Shown here: piece after piece, positions 11,479-23,823 of the stretch | How the letters are laid out: the number at the start of each line of letters is the position of its first letter | Numbering within the stretch: position 1 is the first letter of the stretch | From: Felis catus | Lineage: Eukaryota | Assembly: GCF_018350175.1 (NCBI RefSeq) | Contig: NC_058383.1 | Location: forward strand, 27,778,001 to 27,842,000 | DNA length: 64,000 bases | Direction of reading: 5' to 3' | Position numbers and translations under genes: made by a program | The notes under the pieces: generated by a model | Told to the model about the DNA's origin: nothing | What the model saw: only the letters and a program-made list of their open reading frames with translations | Databases searched by the model: none

Positions 11479-12329
11479 GTGATTATTTCTCTTAAATAGG
11501 GTTAGACTGTGTTCCCCCAAAAAGCTCAGTACAGAAAATAAGAGATGAGGGAAAAACCTGTTTTGGCCATTAACTACGTGTCTCAAGCTGCTAGCAACCT
11601 CCGTGGGGGCTCTGGTCAACTCCCCTCACCTCCCATCTGCACTGGAGTCTCCCTTAATTTCAACAGAAACAGGAGCGGGTCAACCCATCACAGTCTGTGA
11701 CCTGGCCCGCAAAACAAGCCCCTGATCATGGCACCTGAAGTTCAGAGAACTTGGAAGAAACACTCGCCCATAGCTTCTGTGGTCCAGCTCTCAGGATTTG
11801 TCTCAGAATGATGCGCATATTCAAGACCACATCCTCCAATGCTCTGGCCCATTGGGGAGTGATTTGCATTCAGGGAGGAAAGGCTAATATTCTAGTCTTA
11901 GCAATTATTGAAACACATGCAGTCAGTGCTCTAATAAATTATCTTAACCCAATTACTAAAAACATTGCAAAACATTACTGTGCATCGAAGACCGTTCTGC
12001 CCAGGAATCTTTATTGGCAGGGTAATTAAAAACGTACTAGCTATGGCTTCTGCTCAAATATTTGGGGATGTTTCGTGCCATTTGAATTAGCTCTGTCGGA
12101 CTCCGGGGAAAAAGACCTGCCTGCTCCTTGCTTTATCCAATCCCCCTTTCCTCATTCCTCCCTTTTGGAGCCACTCACCGCTGGGGTCTCATTCTCTCAT
12201 TAATGCCACCTACAAGTTCCTCCCCATCCTATTCCGTGTTCCAGGAGAAAAGACTTATTATACAGGCTCAGTCCTCTCTCCTCCTTCCCTTCCTTCTCTG
12301 TTCAAAGCAAAAGATTTTTGTTAGCTGTC

Positions 12330-12530
12330 ATGTACTGGAGACCTACTATGTGCCAGAAACGTGCACCTTATCAGAATAAATCCTAAAGTAGCATTGCAAG
12401 GAACGATGTTCTCATTTCCAAATATGAGAACATTTAAGAATTACAAAAACTAAGTGAACTCCCAAAGTTCACGAAGCTGACAAGTGGCACAGCCAGGATC
12501 AAACTTAGATCTGCTGGTTCCAAGGTTTTT
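12330..12530 (-). mobile_element. MIR SINE relic
   Basis: cctactatgtgccag..aagtgaactcccaaagttcac..aagtggcacagccaggatcaaac. Confidence 0.65.
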
Positions 12531-12635
12531 CTCATTCTCCAACAAGGTACAGATCAACAGCTTACATGTGCCAGGCAGTGGGAAAAAGTGCACAAAGTCA
12601 GGCAGAGTCCCCACCCTCTGTATGCATCCAGCCAT

Positions 12636-12870
12636 TGTTATCAGTCAGGACATATTAATTATGCTGAAGTAACAAGCCAACCCCAAATCTCAACGGGATG
12701 TGTAACAAACTGCTTTCTCATTCATGCCACATGTCCGCAGGGGTTGCCTGAGCCCACAGCAGGTCATATGTCCTCATCTGACTTTTGAGTAGACAAGGAA
12801 ACATAATCCTAGCAAAGGACTGGAAAGTTGGAAATATGTGGTAAACAGCTCTAATGACAATGTCCGCTCC
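12636..12870 (-). mobile_element. Degenerate old MaLR LTR fragment (MLT1K/L/N-like)
   Basis: tgttatcagtcagga..tatgctgaagtaacaagccaaccccaaatctca resembles the reverse-complement 3' end of old MLT1 LTRs. Confidence 0.5.
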
Positions 12871-13812
12871 CGCCAGACCGAGAGGAGGGATGCCATTTTC
12901 AGAACAGCAACTCGGAGCTCTGTAGTGGATTTACAATCAAGCTGTGACACTGGCCGAGGTCCCCGGCACTGTACTTACAGACCCGACATTCATCTCCAGC
13001 AGCATCTCTATCAGACCGCAGGGATCCCAGGCATCAAACCCGGCCACAATCACAGGGCCACGCAACACTCACTCCCTCATAATCAGGCTCATCTTCCCAT
13101 CCGGCAATGTGCACCAGGCAGCTGGACTCATGAGCCAGGTTCTAAGACTGCAAACGAAGCCAGCCCACAACCAGAGCATGGGGGCGGCCAGTGCCTACTG
13201 AACTGACGTTTGAGAATCTCTAAAAAGTTCTGAGCGTTTTAATCAAACAAGCACAAAGAGACAGTTCCTCAATATCACTGATGACGCCATTTGGCACGGC
13301 CTCTCCTTTCACCATGAGACAGGTTCTGGGCTGAACTGCGTGCTGAAAAGAACACGTTAATGGCTCCATTGTCCAGATGAAGACACAGGAGCAGGAAGAT
13401 TAAGCATTCACAAAGTGGCACAGGAGGCTTGGAACCCGTGTCTTTCTGACCTTGAGCACACAGCAGCCTGGAGCAGTTACAGCCTCAGTCAGAAGCACCA
13501 CAGCAGAGACGGTGACTCCACGGCCCCCAAATCTAAGGGGCCTGAAGCTGTGGCTAACTGACACTAGAGATAAACAAAATGGCCCACAGTCCAAGCCAGA
13601 AGCAGTGGAACTCAACTCAAATCCAAATCCACCAGCATTTAATGTGAGAAGAAAAACTAGTTTTTAAGCATCTATAATGTGCCAGAACACCACACAAGCC
13701 CAGGCCATCATTTCCATAGTGTGCGTGACCCAGGCGTAAGGCATCATCTCATTTAATCTTCCCAGTATCATCAATACGCTGGGTATTTTATGGACAAGAA
13801 ATCTGAGTCCCA

Positions 13813-14020
13813 GGGCACCCGGGTGGCTCAGTTGGTTAAATGTCCGACTTTGGCTCAGGTCATGATCTCATGGTTCGTGAGTTCAAGACCTGCATTGGGC
13901 TCTCTGCTGTCAGCACAGAGCCTGCTTGGGTTTCTCTCTCTCTCTCTCTCTCTCCTTCTCTCCCTGCCCCTTCCCCACTTGCTCTCTCTCAAAATAAATA
14001 AATAAACTTTTTTTTAAAAA
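13813..14020 (+). mobile_element. CanSINE inserted into a MIR (-) relic spanning ~13670-14130
   Basis: Head gggcacccgggtggctcagttgg; TSD-like gaaatctgagtcccag / gaaatgtgagtctcag, which is the MIR gaaactgagg motif. Confidence 0.95.
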
Positions 14021-14641
14021 AAGGAAATGTGAGTCTCAGAGAGGATGAGCAACTTGCCCAATGCCACACAGCTTATAGGAGACAAAGCTCACACAAGAAT
14101 CCTATGCTGCCTGACTTGATACTTTCTGCTCCCAGGGGGAGGTCAAGGATTCTCCTTACACACACACGATGCACACAAACATGGGTTTTCATGATTGTCT
14201 TAGAAATACCACAGTATCACCTGGGAACGGGTTTGGATTCCTCCCCTAAACTGAACTGTGCCTCATTCCAAACCAAGCCCATTAACTTGTCAGGTGATAG
14301 CAACACCACCAGCAGCAATACTTGTAGGAAAGAAGAGGACGACGAGGGGAAAGGAAGTGAGAGAAAGAAGAGAAAGAAGAACCATCATACTCCCTCCACC
14401 ACCTTCAATTAAGAATTTCATAAGTACCAGCATGTTTTATGTAATTTACAAGCACCATTAAATCATTAAATCTTTATGGAAAGCCCCAGACGGTAAAAGC
14501 CCCAAATGGTACTCCTTACCATTTATGGGAGTACTATCACTCCCATTTTATAGGCAAGGGAACTGAGACACAGAATGATCAGGCATCCTTCCCAAGGTCA
14601 GCCAAAAGAAGACCCAAATCTGTATGCCAGGTCCATTCTCT

Positions 14642-14653
14642 CTCTTTCTTTGT

Positions 14654-14748
<95 letters not shown>

Positions 14749-14883
14749 ATCGCGCGCGAGCAGGGGAGAGGAGTAGAAGAAGAGGGAGAAAGAATCCCTG
14801 ACTTGGGGCTGGATCCCATGACCCCAGGATCATGACCTGAGTCAAGGTCAAGAGTCAGACGCTCAACCAACTGAGCCACCCAA
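14642..14883 (-). mobile_element. Older CanSINE carrying a compound (TG)n(AG)n microsatellite, inserted in a MIR relic
   Basis: gatcatgacctgag..agtcagacgctcaaccaactgagccaccca; TSD gtccattctct at 14631-14641 and 14884-14894. Confidence 0.92.
14651..14744. repeat. Compound microsatellite ~(TG)21(AG)26
   Basis: Directly visible, one interruption in the TG part. Confidence 0.97.
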
Positions 14884-15329
14884 GTCCATTCTCTTAACCA
14901 GCTATTCCATCTGCCTCTGATGAAAAGCAGAATGGATTGGGCTTGAGGAGTGAGGGACATAATGCAGCTTCCTGTTGGGGGAGGCATGGGGAAGCACACA
15001 GCAGGCCTGGTTTCTTTCCAAAGGGAAGTGTCTTTCAAGGGTCTGCCTTATAGGCTCCCCACCCTCCTCTTGGTACCCTACCCAGACTTCCTTTCTGGTG
15101 GATGCTTCCCTCCCCCAGCTTCTCTGAAAAATGGCTGATGGCGGGTCATAGCTGCACACCCCCCACTCCAGGGAACTGCTTCTTCATCCCCTTGCATGGA
15201 GGCAGGGCCCACGCTTCCTCCTGAGGGTGCTCCCCAAATAAGTCACTTGCCCAAGAATCCCTGCCTCAGGCTCTGCGTCTGCAGCACCCAACCAGACACC
15301 CCACTCCTCCTGCTCCCCAACTCTGCCTC

Positions 15330-15895
15330 TGCTCACGTGGGGTTCTGGTACTTATATAAGCTTCTGCTTCTCACACCCAGGAGTGGGAGAGCAGGGAGAA
15401 GGTGAAGCGAGGGACTCTGCAATCCGGGGTTGCCGGGAGGCACAAGGCCAAGCAGCTGAGAGAGGGCAGCCAACTCAGCCTCGCTGGCAGTGCCCAGCCG
15501 CCCCCAGGCCAGCCTGCCCTCGGCCTCGTGCACTTTGGGTGATTAAGAACAGATGGCCCGGCGCCTCCGCCAAGCCCCATTAACTCCTTAATGCTGCTCT
15601 TCTGGAGGCCGGATGGTCGGCTGAAAAAGCCAGCTTTGGAGGTCATCTGATTAAATGATGCCCGGCACAGAGGGTTGCCCAGTCTCCCTTCCCAGGCTGG
15701 CAGCTGCCCCCGCTGCTTCATCAGACCTGCCATTCGTGACCAGATGGGCTGGGAAAGGGGCCTGGGTGTGCTTAATGGCGGAAATGTGCTCAGCGCAAGG
15801 AGCGCTGGCGGAGGAGTCAGGGGACCATCACCGCCCTGCGGCCGCGGACAGGTCACTCAATCCAGGTCCCACCTTGATCACCCGCCAAATGGCAT
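15330..15895. promoter_or_regulatory. Candidate enhancer/promoter: CpG-rich unique segment with clustered E-boxes and homeodomain sites
   Basis: About two dozen CpGs outside any SINE, NotI site 15838-15845; CAGATG/CATCTG at 15550, 15644, 15741; CAGCTG at 15453, 15701; TGATTAA at 15540, 15648; CACGTG 15334; TATA-like TATATAAG 15353-15360. Confidence 0.5.
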
Positions 15896-16082
15896 GAGTC
15901 ATAATAACTATAATAACAACACAACAAGAATAAGTTTACCAATGTTCTAATGGCAACTATTATCCCTTCGGTGACGATAATCAGTTCTATCATTCTAGTG
16001 GTGATGAAAATACTGCGCCAAACACTTCACATGTGATCTCTTCTTCCATCCCTGCAACTGCCCTTTGGGATGGCATCTCTTC

Positions 16083-16326
16083 TTTTTTAGCTTTAGTCTT
16101 TGTTTTTTGTTTTGTTTTGTTTTGTTTTTTTTATTCTGAGAAAGAGAAGGAGGGAGAGTGTATGGGGTGGAGGGACAGAGAGAGAGGGAGAGAGAGAGAA
16201 TCCCAGGCAGGCTCCGTGCTGTCAGCCCAGAGCAGCTCGATCTCACCAACCATGAGATCATGACCCGAGCTGAAATCAGGAGTTGGATGCTTAACCACTT
16301 AACCGAGGGAGCCACTCAGAAGCCCC
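16083..16326 (-). mobile_element. CanSINE inserted into a MIR (-) relic spanning ~16010-16490
   Basis: gagaatcccaggcaggctccgtgctgtcagc..gagatcatgacccgagctgaaatcaggagttggatgcttaacc; (TTTTG)n tail. Confidence 0.93.
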
Positions 16327-17050
16327 AGGAGGGTACCTCTTCTGATCTCCATTTTACCCATGGAAAAAAACAGAGGTTCAGAGAGGCTAAGTAAAATGCC
16401 AAGTTCACTTGCCTGGCAACCACTGGAGGGAGGAACTGAGCCCAGGTAGGACTGACTCCAGAGTCCCTGCTCCTTATCACCATGCTACAGTGCCCCATGC
16501 CACCTACCTGGCAGGACATCCAAGCCTCAGAGGAAAAGAAAAACCCACAAAAAAGTACTGAGGCACGCCAAAGGATCCTTGATCCCTCCCTCCAAATTAA
16601 TTAATTAATTTTAAAAGGACCCTATTACTAATTCAGTCCATTCTTCACCAGATTATTTTCTCAGACCTAGAACAAGGGAAGGGTAACACATGTACATCTA
16701 CATGCTTTGGATAAAGAGGAGGCTCTAAGAAGGTGGCTACGCCCTTGATCAATGAGAGAACCCAAGAAACATATATACTAGTGTTTCATTTGAGAACACT
16801 GGGCGTGTCAGATGGCCTACCAGGGAGCACAACATGGATGAGGGATATGGGATTCAGGGAGAATCAAGGGAGCACCAAGCAAGAGGGCACACACTCCTTG
16901 CACACACGCTGTTGGGGAAGCTCACGCAAGTGCGTTTGGTGCCTGATTTTGGCCCTTGATGGGAAAGACCTCAAAAAAAAACAGTTAATTCTAGTATCTA
17001 GTATTGAAATTAAAAAAATACTTTAAAGTTTGAGATTTAAATATGGTTGA

Positions 17051-17271
17051 GGGGCGCCTGGGTGGCTTGGTCGGTTAAGCGTCCAACTTCGGCTCAGGTC
17101 ATGATCTCACAGTCCATGAGTTCGAGCCCCATGTCGGGCTCTGTGCTGACAGCTCAGAGCCTGGAGCCTGCTTCCAATTCTGTGTCTCCCTCTCTCTCTG
17201 CCCCTTCCCTGTTCATGCTTTGTCTCTCTCTGTCTCAAAAATAAATAAACGTTAAAAAAAATTAAGAAAAA
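17051..17271 (+). mobile_element. Felid SINE (SINEC_Fc-like)
   Basis: Full head, body and tail; TSD aaatatggttga / aaatatggtgga. Confidence 0.96.
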
Positions 17272-18550
17272 AAATATGGTGGAAAGGGTGCTATCTCCTG
17301 CTCTGGGTGATTGTTACATGAGTGTATTCAGTTTGTGAAAAATCCCTGAGCCGCTCACTTAGGTAAATATGTTTTTGTGACTGCGTATTATACTTCAACA
17401 AAGAGGTTTTTAAACAAAGGAAAACCATCTCTAATGAAAAACAGAAAGTGCTTTGGAAAACCCAAACTCCTACCCAAGGCTGCTCTTCTTTTTGTGCTGT
17501 AAACAGTCCCCACCCCCTCACCCCGCCTTACCCACAGAACTGGTTCCTTATCTTAAAACAAATGGGCCCTCAGTTCACTGGACACCTGCTTGTGTTGGCC
17601 TCCCCACTGCCATGGGAATGGTCCCCAGTGCAGCCCACCTCTGGAAGCTTCTGGAAGCATCTTTCAGGCAAGCCTTTATTATTCCTTATTCTCCAAAGGC
17701 CTTAAAATGCCAGGTGTCCTCCTCCCCTCTCCCCCATCCACTCCTTGAAGCCAGAGACTATGACACAGTTGAAGAGCTTGGGGGAGACTCTCACCTGGGC
17801 ACACACAGCTCGTGGCCAAAAATGCTGAATGCAGAGAGGGCCCTGGTGGACCTTCTCCTTAGCCTCCTCCAAAGACACCTCATCCGGCTCATCTCCTCTG
17901 TCTCACTACATACCTTTACTTCTACTTCTGGTTTTCTAGTTCCAAGTGAGTCTTCTAATTCTCATTGTTCCCCACCTCCCCCAATTTCACACCGCTGTCT
18001 CCTCCAGTCCTCCCCAGTCGTTCAAGCAAAAATCTTAGAACCACCCTTGGCTCCTCCTGTTCCCTCACCCCTCACTTCTGGAATCCAGCTGCTCCACCCC
18101 ACCTCTACTGTCATCACCTTTGAGGTCACCGGGATGACTGGGCTCTCATTCACCCTTCTTTCAAACTACCTCCTACCCAACACCTGGGTGAGCTGTTCAC
18201 CTGTAAATCAGATTAGGTCGATTCCCCTCTCTGAACCTCCAAGGGTCTTCCCATCTCACCTAGAGCAAAACCCAATATACTGTCATGGTTAGGGGCCTAT
18301 GCAAGGTGACATCTGCTCAATGGTCTCCAGAGTGGTTCCTCGCTCGGCCCCAACCCAGGGGCCAACTTCCATTTCCCAACCACTAACCTCATCCTTAACA
18401 CAAGTCTTTCATGCATGCTGTTCCCTCGCCTAGGACACTTTCTCCTTGGTTTTTCCCATAGCTGGTGGCTTCCTATCCTTCAGGTCTCAAAGAAAGGTCA
18501 CCTCCTCAGAGAGGCTATCCCTGACCACCCATCTAAATTGCCCCCTCTCA

Positions 18551-18676
18551 GGGTGCATGGGTGGCTCAGTGGGTGAAGGGAATGACTCTTGATTTCAGCT
18601 CAGGTCATGATCTCATGGTTCGTGGGATCAAGCCTGCATAAGGCTCTGCACTGACAGCGTGGAGCCTGCGTGGGAT

Positions 18677-18732
<56 letters not shown>

Positions 18733-18846
18733 CCTCTCTCTCTCTCTCTCTCCCCCCTTCTCCCTCTCCCTCTCTGCCTCTCACCCACATGTGCACTCTC
18801 TCTCTCTCTCTCTCTCTGAAAATAAATAAATATTAAAAGAAAAGAA
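18551..18846 (+). mobile_element. CanSINE 1 of a head-to-tail trimer, with long (CT)n
   Basis: gggtgcatgggtggctcagt head, expanded CT tract, aataaataaa tail. Confidence 0.95.
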
Positions 18847-19070
18847 GGAGTGCCTGGGTGGCTCGGTCAGTTAGGCATCCAACTCTTGATTTTGGCTCCG
18901 ATCATGATCTCACAGTTCGTGGGATAGAGCCCCATGTTGGCATCTGGCCTGTCAGTGCGGAGCATAATTGGGATTCTCTCTTTCCTTTTTCTCTGCTCCC
19001 CCCACTGCGCTCTCTCTCTCTTTCTAAATAAAAAAATAAACATTTTTTTTTAAAAAAAGGGAAAAAAATA
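18847..19070 (+). mobile_element. CanSINE 2 of trimer
   Basis: ggagtgcctgggtggctcggtcag head directly after the tail of SINE 1. Confidence 0.94.
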
Positions 19071-19272
19071 GGGAGCCTGGGAGGCTTAGTTGGTTGAGCA
19101 CTGACTTTGGCTCAGGTCGTGATCTCACAGTTCCCTGTGAGGTTCCAGCCCCGCGTTGGGCTCTGTGCTGACAGCACAGAGCCTGCTTTGGATTCTGTGT
19201 CTCCCTCTCTTTGCCCCTCCCCCTCTCTTTCCCTCTCTCTCTTCCAAAAATAAACATTAAAAAATTTTAAAA
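19071..19272 (+). mobile_element. CanSINE 3 of trimer
   Basis: gggagcctgggaggcttagttgg head directly after the tail of SINE 2. Confidence 0.94.
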
Positions 19273-20455
19273 CAGAAAATAAATCACATTACTACAAAAA
19301 ATAATAATAATAAATAAATTGTCCCCCCTCCCCAGGCCTTATTCTCCATCACACCATCGTGTTTAGTCTCATTTGCGTACCTTCTGTCCTCCACTCAAAC
19401 CCGAGGGACCATGGTACAAGAGACCCTGTCTGTCTTGTTCTGTCACGAGCCCCCAGCACCTGGCACACAGTCAGGACACAACGAATGAGTATGCCTGGCG
19501 CATCCCCAGCATTACTCACCTAGGCTGCCTACCACAGACGTGCCCACCTCTGGCCCGTTCCCTGCCTGGTGTCCCAATGAAGAGATAAATGGGACATGAC
19601 ATAGTGGCTCCAGATTCTCCTGATATGTTTCTGCTCCCTTTACCTCGCTCCTTGCACTCCGATTTCCAAAAACAACAAAAAAAGCAAGGCTAACTCGGGC
19701 CTGCCTCGCACCTTCCCAAGTACCAGTGGTCACACAGGCTGACCTGCATTCCCCACTCAACTAAGTAAGTAGTTGAGGCAGCCAAATAAAATGAAAGAGC
19801 AAAAAAGTCTGGACTCTGGAGCTGGAAGGACCCTGGGTCAAATTCTAGCTATTTGCCCTCATACTAAACCTCCTGCCTCAGTTTCCCCTTCTGTAAAAGA
19901 ATAATCAATCTTTCTGCCACAAAGCAGCATGTGGCGTGAGGGACTCCTTTAGCAGTAAACAATGACATGGAGTCCACGTACAAAGTGTTTAGTGTAGTTG
20001 ATGACACAAAGCATGTACCAAATGTTATCTATAATGAAGAGGAGTATCTCTGGGAACCCTGCAGAACTCAGTTTATAATTTCTTTCCTCGGAGAAGAATC
20101 CCCTGCCCCCTCACCCTCTCAGTCTGACATAGATGCTCCCCACAAACACAGCTCTCAAACCCAGTGTCTAGTGGGAACTCTATCTCATTCAGAGTAAAAG
20201 CTCATTCCTCTACAAAGACTACACATAACTGACCCCATCAGTTCTTGGACACTATGCACTCCATTCTCCCCATTTTTGCCCTCTGCTCCAGACACCCCAG
20301 CCACCATGTTGTTCTTCAAACTTTCTCAGTTACTCTCCGACCTCGCCTACTATCCCCTCAGCCTAGGACACACTTCACCCCAGCTATTTGCATGGTTCCC
20401 ACCCTCCTCTCCTTCAGGAACTTGATCAAAACTCCATGAGGTTTTCCGTGGCTAT

Positions 20456-20858
20456 TGTGATAGGCTGAACGAGGCTCCCCAAAGATGCCCACATCCTAAT
20501 CCCCTGAGCCTTACGTGGCAAAAGGACCTTTGCAGATGCCATTAAGGAGCTTGGGCTAGATTATCCAGGTGGCCCCAATGTCATCACAAGGGTCTTCATA
20601 AGAGACAGGCAAGAGGGTCAGGGTCAGAGAGGGACACTTCTTCATGGAGGAAGGGGTCATGAGCCAAGGAATGCAGGTGGCCTTCAGAAGCTAGAAAAGG
20701 CAAGAAAATGAACTCTCCCCCAGTGCCTCCAGGAAAGACGCAGGCCTGCTGACCCATTTCCAACTTTTAACCTCCAGAAACATAATGTAATGCACTGTGT
20801 TATTTTAAGCCACTAAATTTATGGTAATTTATTTCAGCGACAATAGAAAACTAATACA
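20456..20858 (+). mobile_element. Solo MaLR LTR (MLT1D-like) inserted in an L2 relic
   Basis: TG..CA ends (tgtgatagg..ctaataca), ccccaaagatgcccacatcctaatcccc, gagccaaggaatgcaggtggcc..gaagctagaaaaggcaag; 5-bp TSD gctat / gctac. Confidence 0.88.
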
Positions 20859-23270
20859 GCTACCTAATTTAAAATTATATTCTCCACCAAATGTGCACAT
20901 ATATGCACGTACTTGCACAAACAGCACACACACACACGCATGCATGGGGGCACACAAAACACATACACTCCTTACCCCTTTTCCTTGATTGAAAGTTTTC
21001 TCCACACCACTCACCATCTGACAGACAAATAACATGTAAGAAAAACATGGTGCGTATTTCCCACATACGCATAGACACAGACAGAAATAAATGTACAATG
21101 AAAATAGCGATTTTCATCTGTTTTGGTCACTGCTATATTCGTTGCACCTGGAAACAGGCCTGGCATTACTGAGTGGGGAGATGCTCACTAAATTTGCTGA
21201 CTGCAAGCCTTCTTCATCTTGGCACTTACAGATCCTGTTCTTATCAGTTACGTGAAAGCTCTCTCACCCCTCCGACTTGTAGCCCCTGGGGGCAGAGGCC
21301 CGTCTCCCTTGGTCACTGCTACATGATTCCATCACTAGCACGGTACGTCATCCCCCCATCCCCAGACGATCCCCACCAACATGCTGAACGAATGTGATAC
21401 CATGTTCTGTACCTCTGAGCCCCCACATTCTCAGAATTCCAACTTGTCAAGAACGCTCACATTTTATTTGATTGCTAATATGTCTAATTCCCAGTTCACT
21501 GAAGGGGGAAAAAAAAAAAAAAGGAGGCTCTGGAGGCTGTAATTTACAAAGCAAATCTGCCCAGCAGAAATACTCATCTTCAGAAGACAGTTGGATGCAA
21601 TCATTTGTTAAAAAGGGAAAAAAGAAGGAAATGTGTCCAGATCCTCAGCCTTTCCAGTTGTATTGTTTGCAAACCTTTTGAAAGCAGTTTGAGGCCAAGG
21701 CTAATCATTTTGCCTCAAGGGGCTCATTTCCTGAGGCTGGTGGTACTTTTGAATACTTTTGTCACTGAGGAAGGAACACAGCAGGCAGGAAAACGGAAAT
21801 TCTGGCCAAAGTCCTTCTGTGGGAAAGGATGTATGAAAATCCAGTCAATTCCACCTGGCTTGCTAATTAGAATTCCAGGAGTAAAGGGGCCACGTGTCCC
21901 TTTGAAATCGTCAGAACAGTCAGATGAACAGGACTATCCCTGAGAGAGAATGTGCAAGGACGTATTTAAATTATATTATTTTCACTTTAAATAACCAGGT
22001 AGGAAGAATTAGTGAGCAGAATTAAATTAGGCAGGTGGGGGCAATCGGTACATATTAGTTGCCTTTGCTCTTTTCTTGTCGCAGACTTATCTTATCATGC
22101 CACCTTGTAAAGGATTCTTCCTGGCCAGTTCCCACACCCATCTGCAGGTTCCTAAAAGGCAAGGACTGCCTGTTGCTTTTCGGTGCACTTCCTGGCAGCC
22201 GTTACAGTGCCTGACAAATACGAGGCCCTATGCTGATGGGTTAAATAGATGAGCAGATGAGTGGATGGATGAAGAGATGCTGAAGCCAGGAATGAGTGCG
22301 CCTGGGTCCCCACTTGCCTGGCAACCATCATCCAGGGCACATGTGTAATCGACAGCGTCAGTCACCCACCCTAGAGATTCTGCTATTCAGTCTATCTCAC
22401 GTGGAACCCAGGAATACGTTCTGGAACTTTCCCCCTAGGTAGCTCTGCTCCTCAGGAAAGCTCAGCAAACACATGCTGCATCCACCTGTTCAATGCATCT
22501 TCACCTAAAATGTCCTTGGGTCATGTTTCCACCTGCAGCGGACCAAGTTTCTCACATTCAATAGGGGGAGCCAGCCCTTTCCACTTGGAGCCACTCCCTT
22601 TTCCCTCCCGGTTGCCACTCAACCCCTCCAGTCACAGCCTCGTATTTCTGTTCTCACTCTCTTCACTGAAGCATTTGGAAGTTTCCAATGTTAAGACAGA
22701 GACAGTGGAGCCCAAGGGGGTCTGCATGCTGCCTGACATCCATGCAGTGACCAGACTCGACTCTCTGGAAGACCTCGCATCTAAGAGCAGGGCTTCCTGG
22801 CTCAGGTTCCCGTGCACACAGAGTATACACCAACTTGGGAAATGGGGGTGATCAGAGTGTGTGTTTACTTTATGTTACTACCCAGGTCTCTCCATTCAAA
22901 AATAAGGCTTACACAGTGGCTTTCAACCTGTGCTCTGAGGAGCCTTTCCGGACCAACCAGTCTCCAGGACTCTCTACTCCTCCCACCGGGGCACCATCTT
23001 GTTGGTCTAGGTTCCACAGAGGACCTTCCCCAAAACATGTGATTCAAACAAACGGTTCCATGGATAGAAAAGGCCAGAAGCCAACAGACAATGTTGACTT
23101 TTCTCCCTCAAGGCCCCATTAGAACAAAAGGGAATTGGCCTTTTAGGACACTGAGAAGCCAGACCTAAGGATTATAACTCCCACTCATGCTGGGATAACA
23201 GATAAACCTGTACATTAACTATTATCAATTCTTTGAAATAGAAGAAACCTCAGAGGAAATTAATACGTCC

Positions 23271-23823
23271 TGTATTCACGGTCTATTGCTGCTTAATAAA
23301 TTGCCCCAAACCTTAGCGCCAAAAAACAATGTTTATCGTCTCGGTTTCTGTGGGCCAGGCATCCAAACACAGCTTAGCTGGGTTCTTTAACTCAGTCTCT
23401 GACAAGGCTCTAGTCGAGATGTTGGCCAGCACTGTAGCCATCTAGGGCTGACCGGGGAGGGCTCCACTTCCTAGATCACTCACGTGGCTGTCACTGACGT
23501 GTTCCTCAGTGCAGCTGGACTGCGGGCCTCACCTCCTCGCTAGCTGTTGGCCAGAGCCGTTGCCACGAGGGCTCCCCATCAGACTGTTCGTGCACGACAA
23601 GGCAACTGGCTTCAAAGCAGGGAGCAAGGGAGAAAGAGAGTACAATCCAGACAGAGACAACCTAACCTTTGTGTAACCTGACCTGGGAGATGCCATGCCA
23701 CCCCTTCTCTGATGATCTATTTATCGGAAGCCAGCTTATACTCAGGAGGAGGGCATTACCCAAAGGCATGAATATCAGGAGGTGGGGACCCTTGGGAGCT
23801 ATTTTTGAAGCTGCCCCTCCACC
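23271..23823 (-). mobile_element. Solo MaLR LTR (MLT1F-like)
   Basis: tgtatt..ctattgctgc..aaattgccccaaac, cagcttagctggg, ggcatgaatatcaggaggtggggacc. Confidence 0.8.

Larger units (their letters stand above)
17870..19490 (+). mobile_element. LINE-2 3' relic interrupted by a SINE trimer
   Basis: L2 motifs atgctgttccctcgcctagg, ggtcacctcctcagagaggctatccctgaccaccc, ctgtctgtcttgttc..cctggcacacagt. Confidence 0.7.

Noticed and set aside
12970..13200. Possible minus-strand exon ending at a GTAAGT donor (~12978)
   Set aside because: All three frames have upstream stops, and I see no convincing polypyrimidine/AG acceptor or recognisable peptide
17453..18292. Longest ORF (279 aa)
   Set aside because: No recognisable domain; the S/P/L-rich composition reflects pyrimidine-rich DNA and the 3' half lies in an L2 relic
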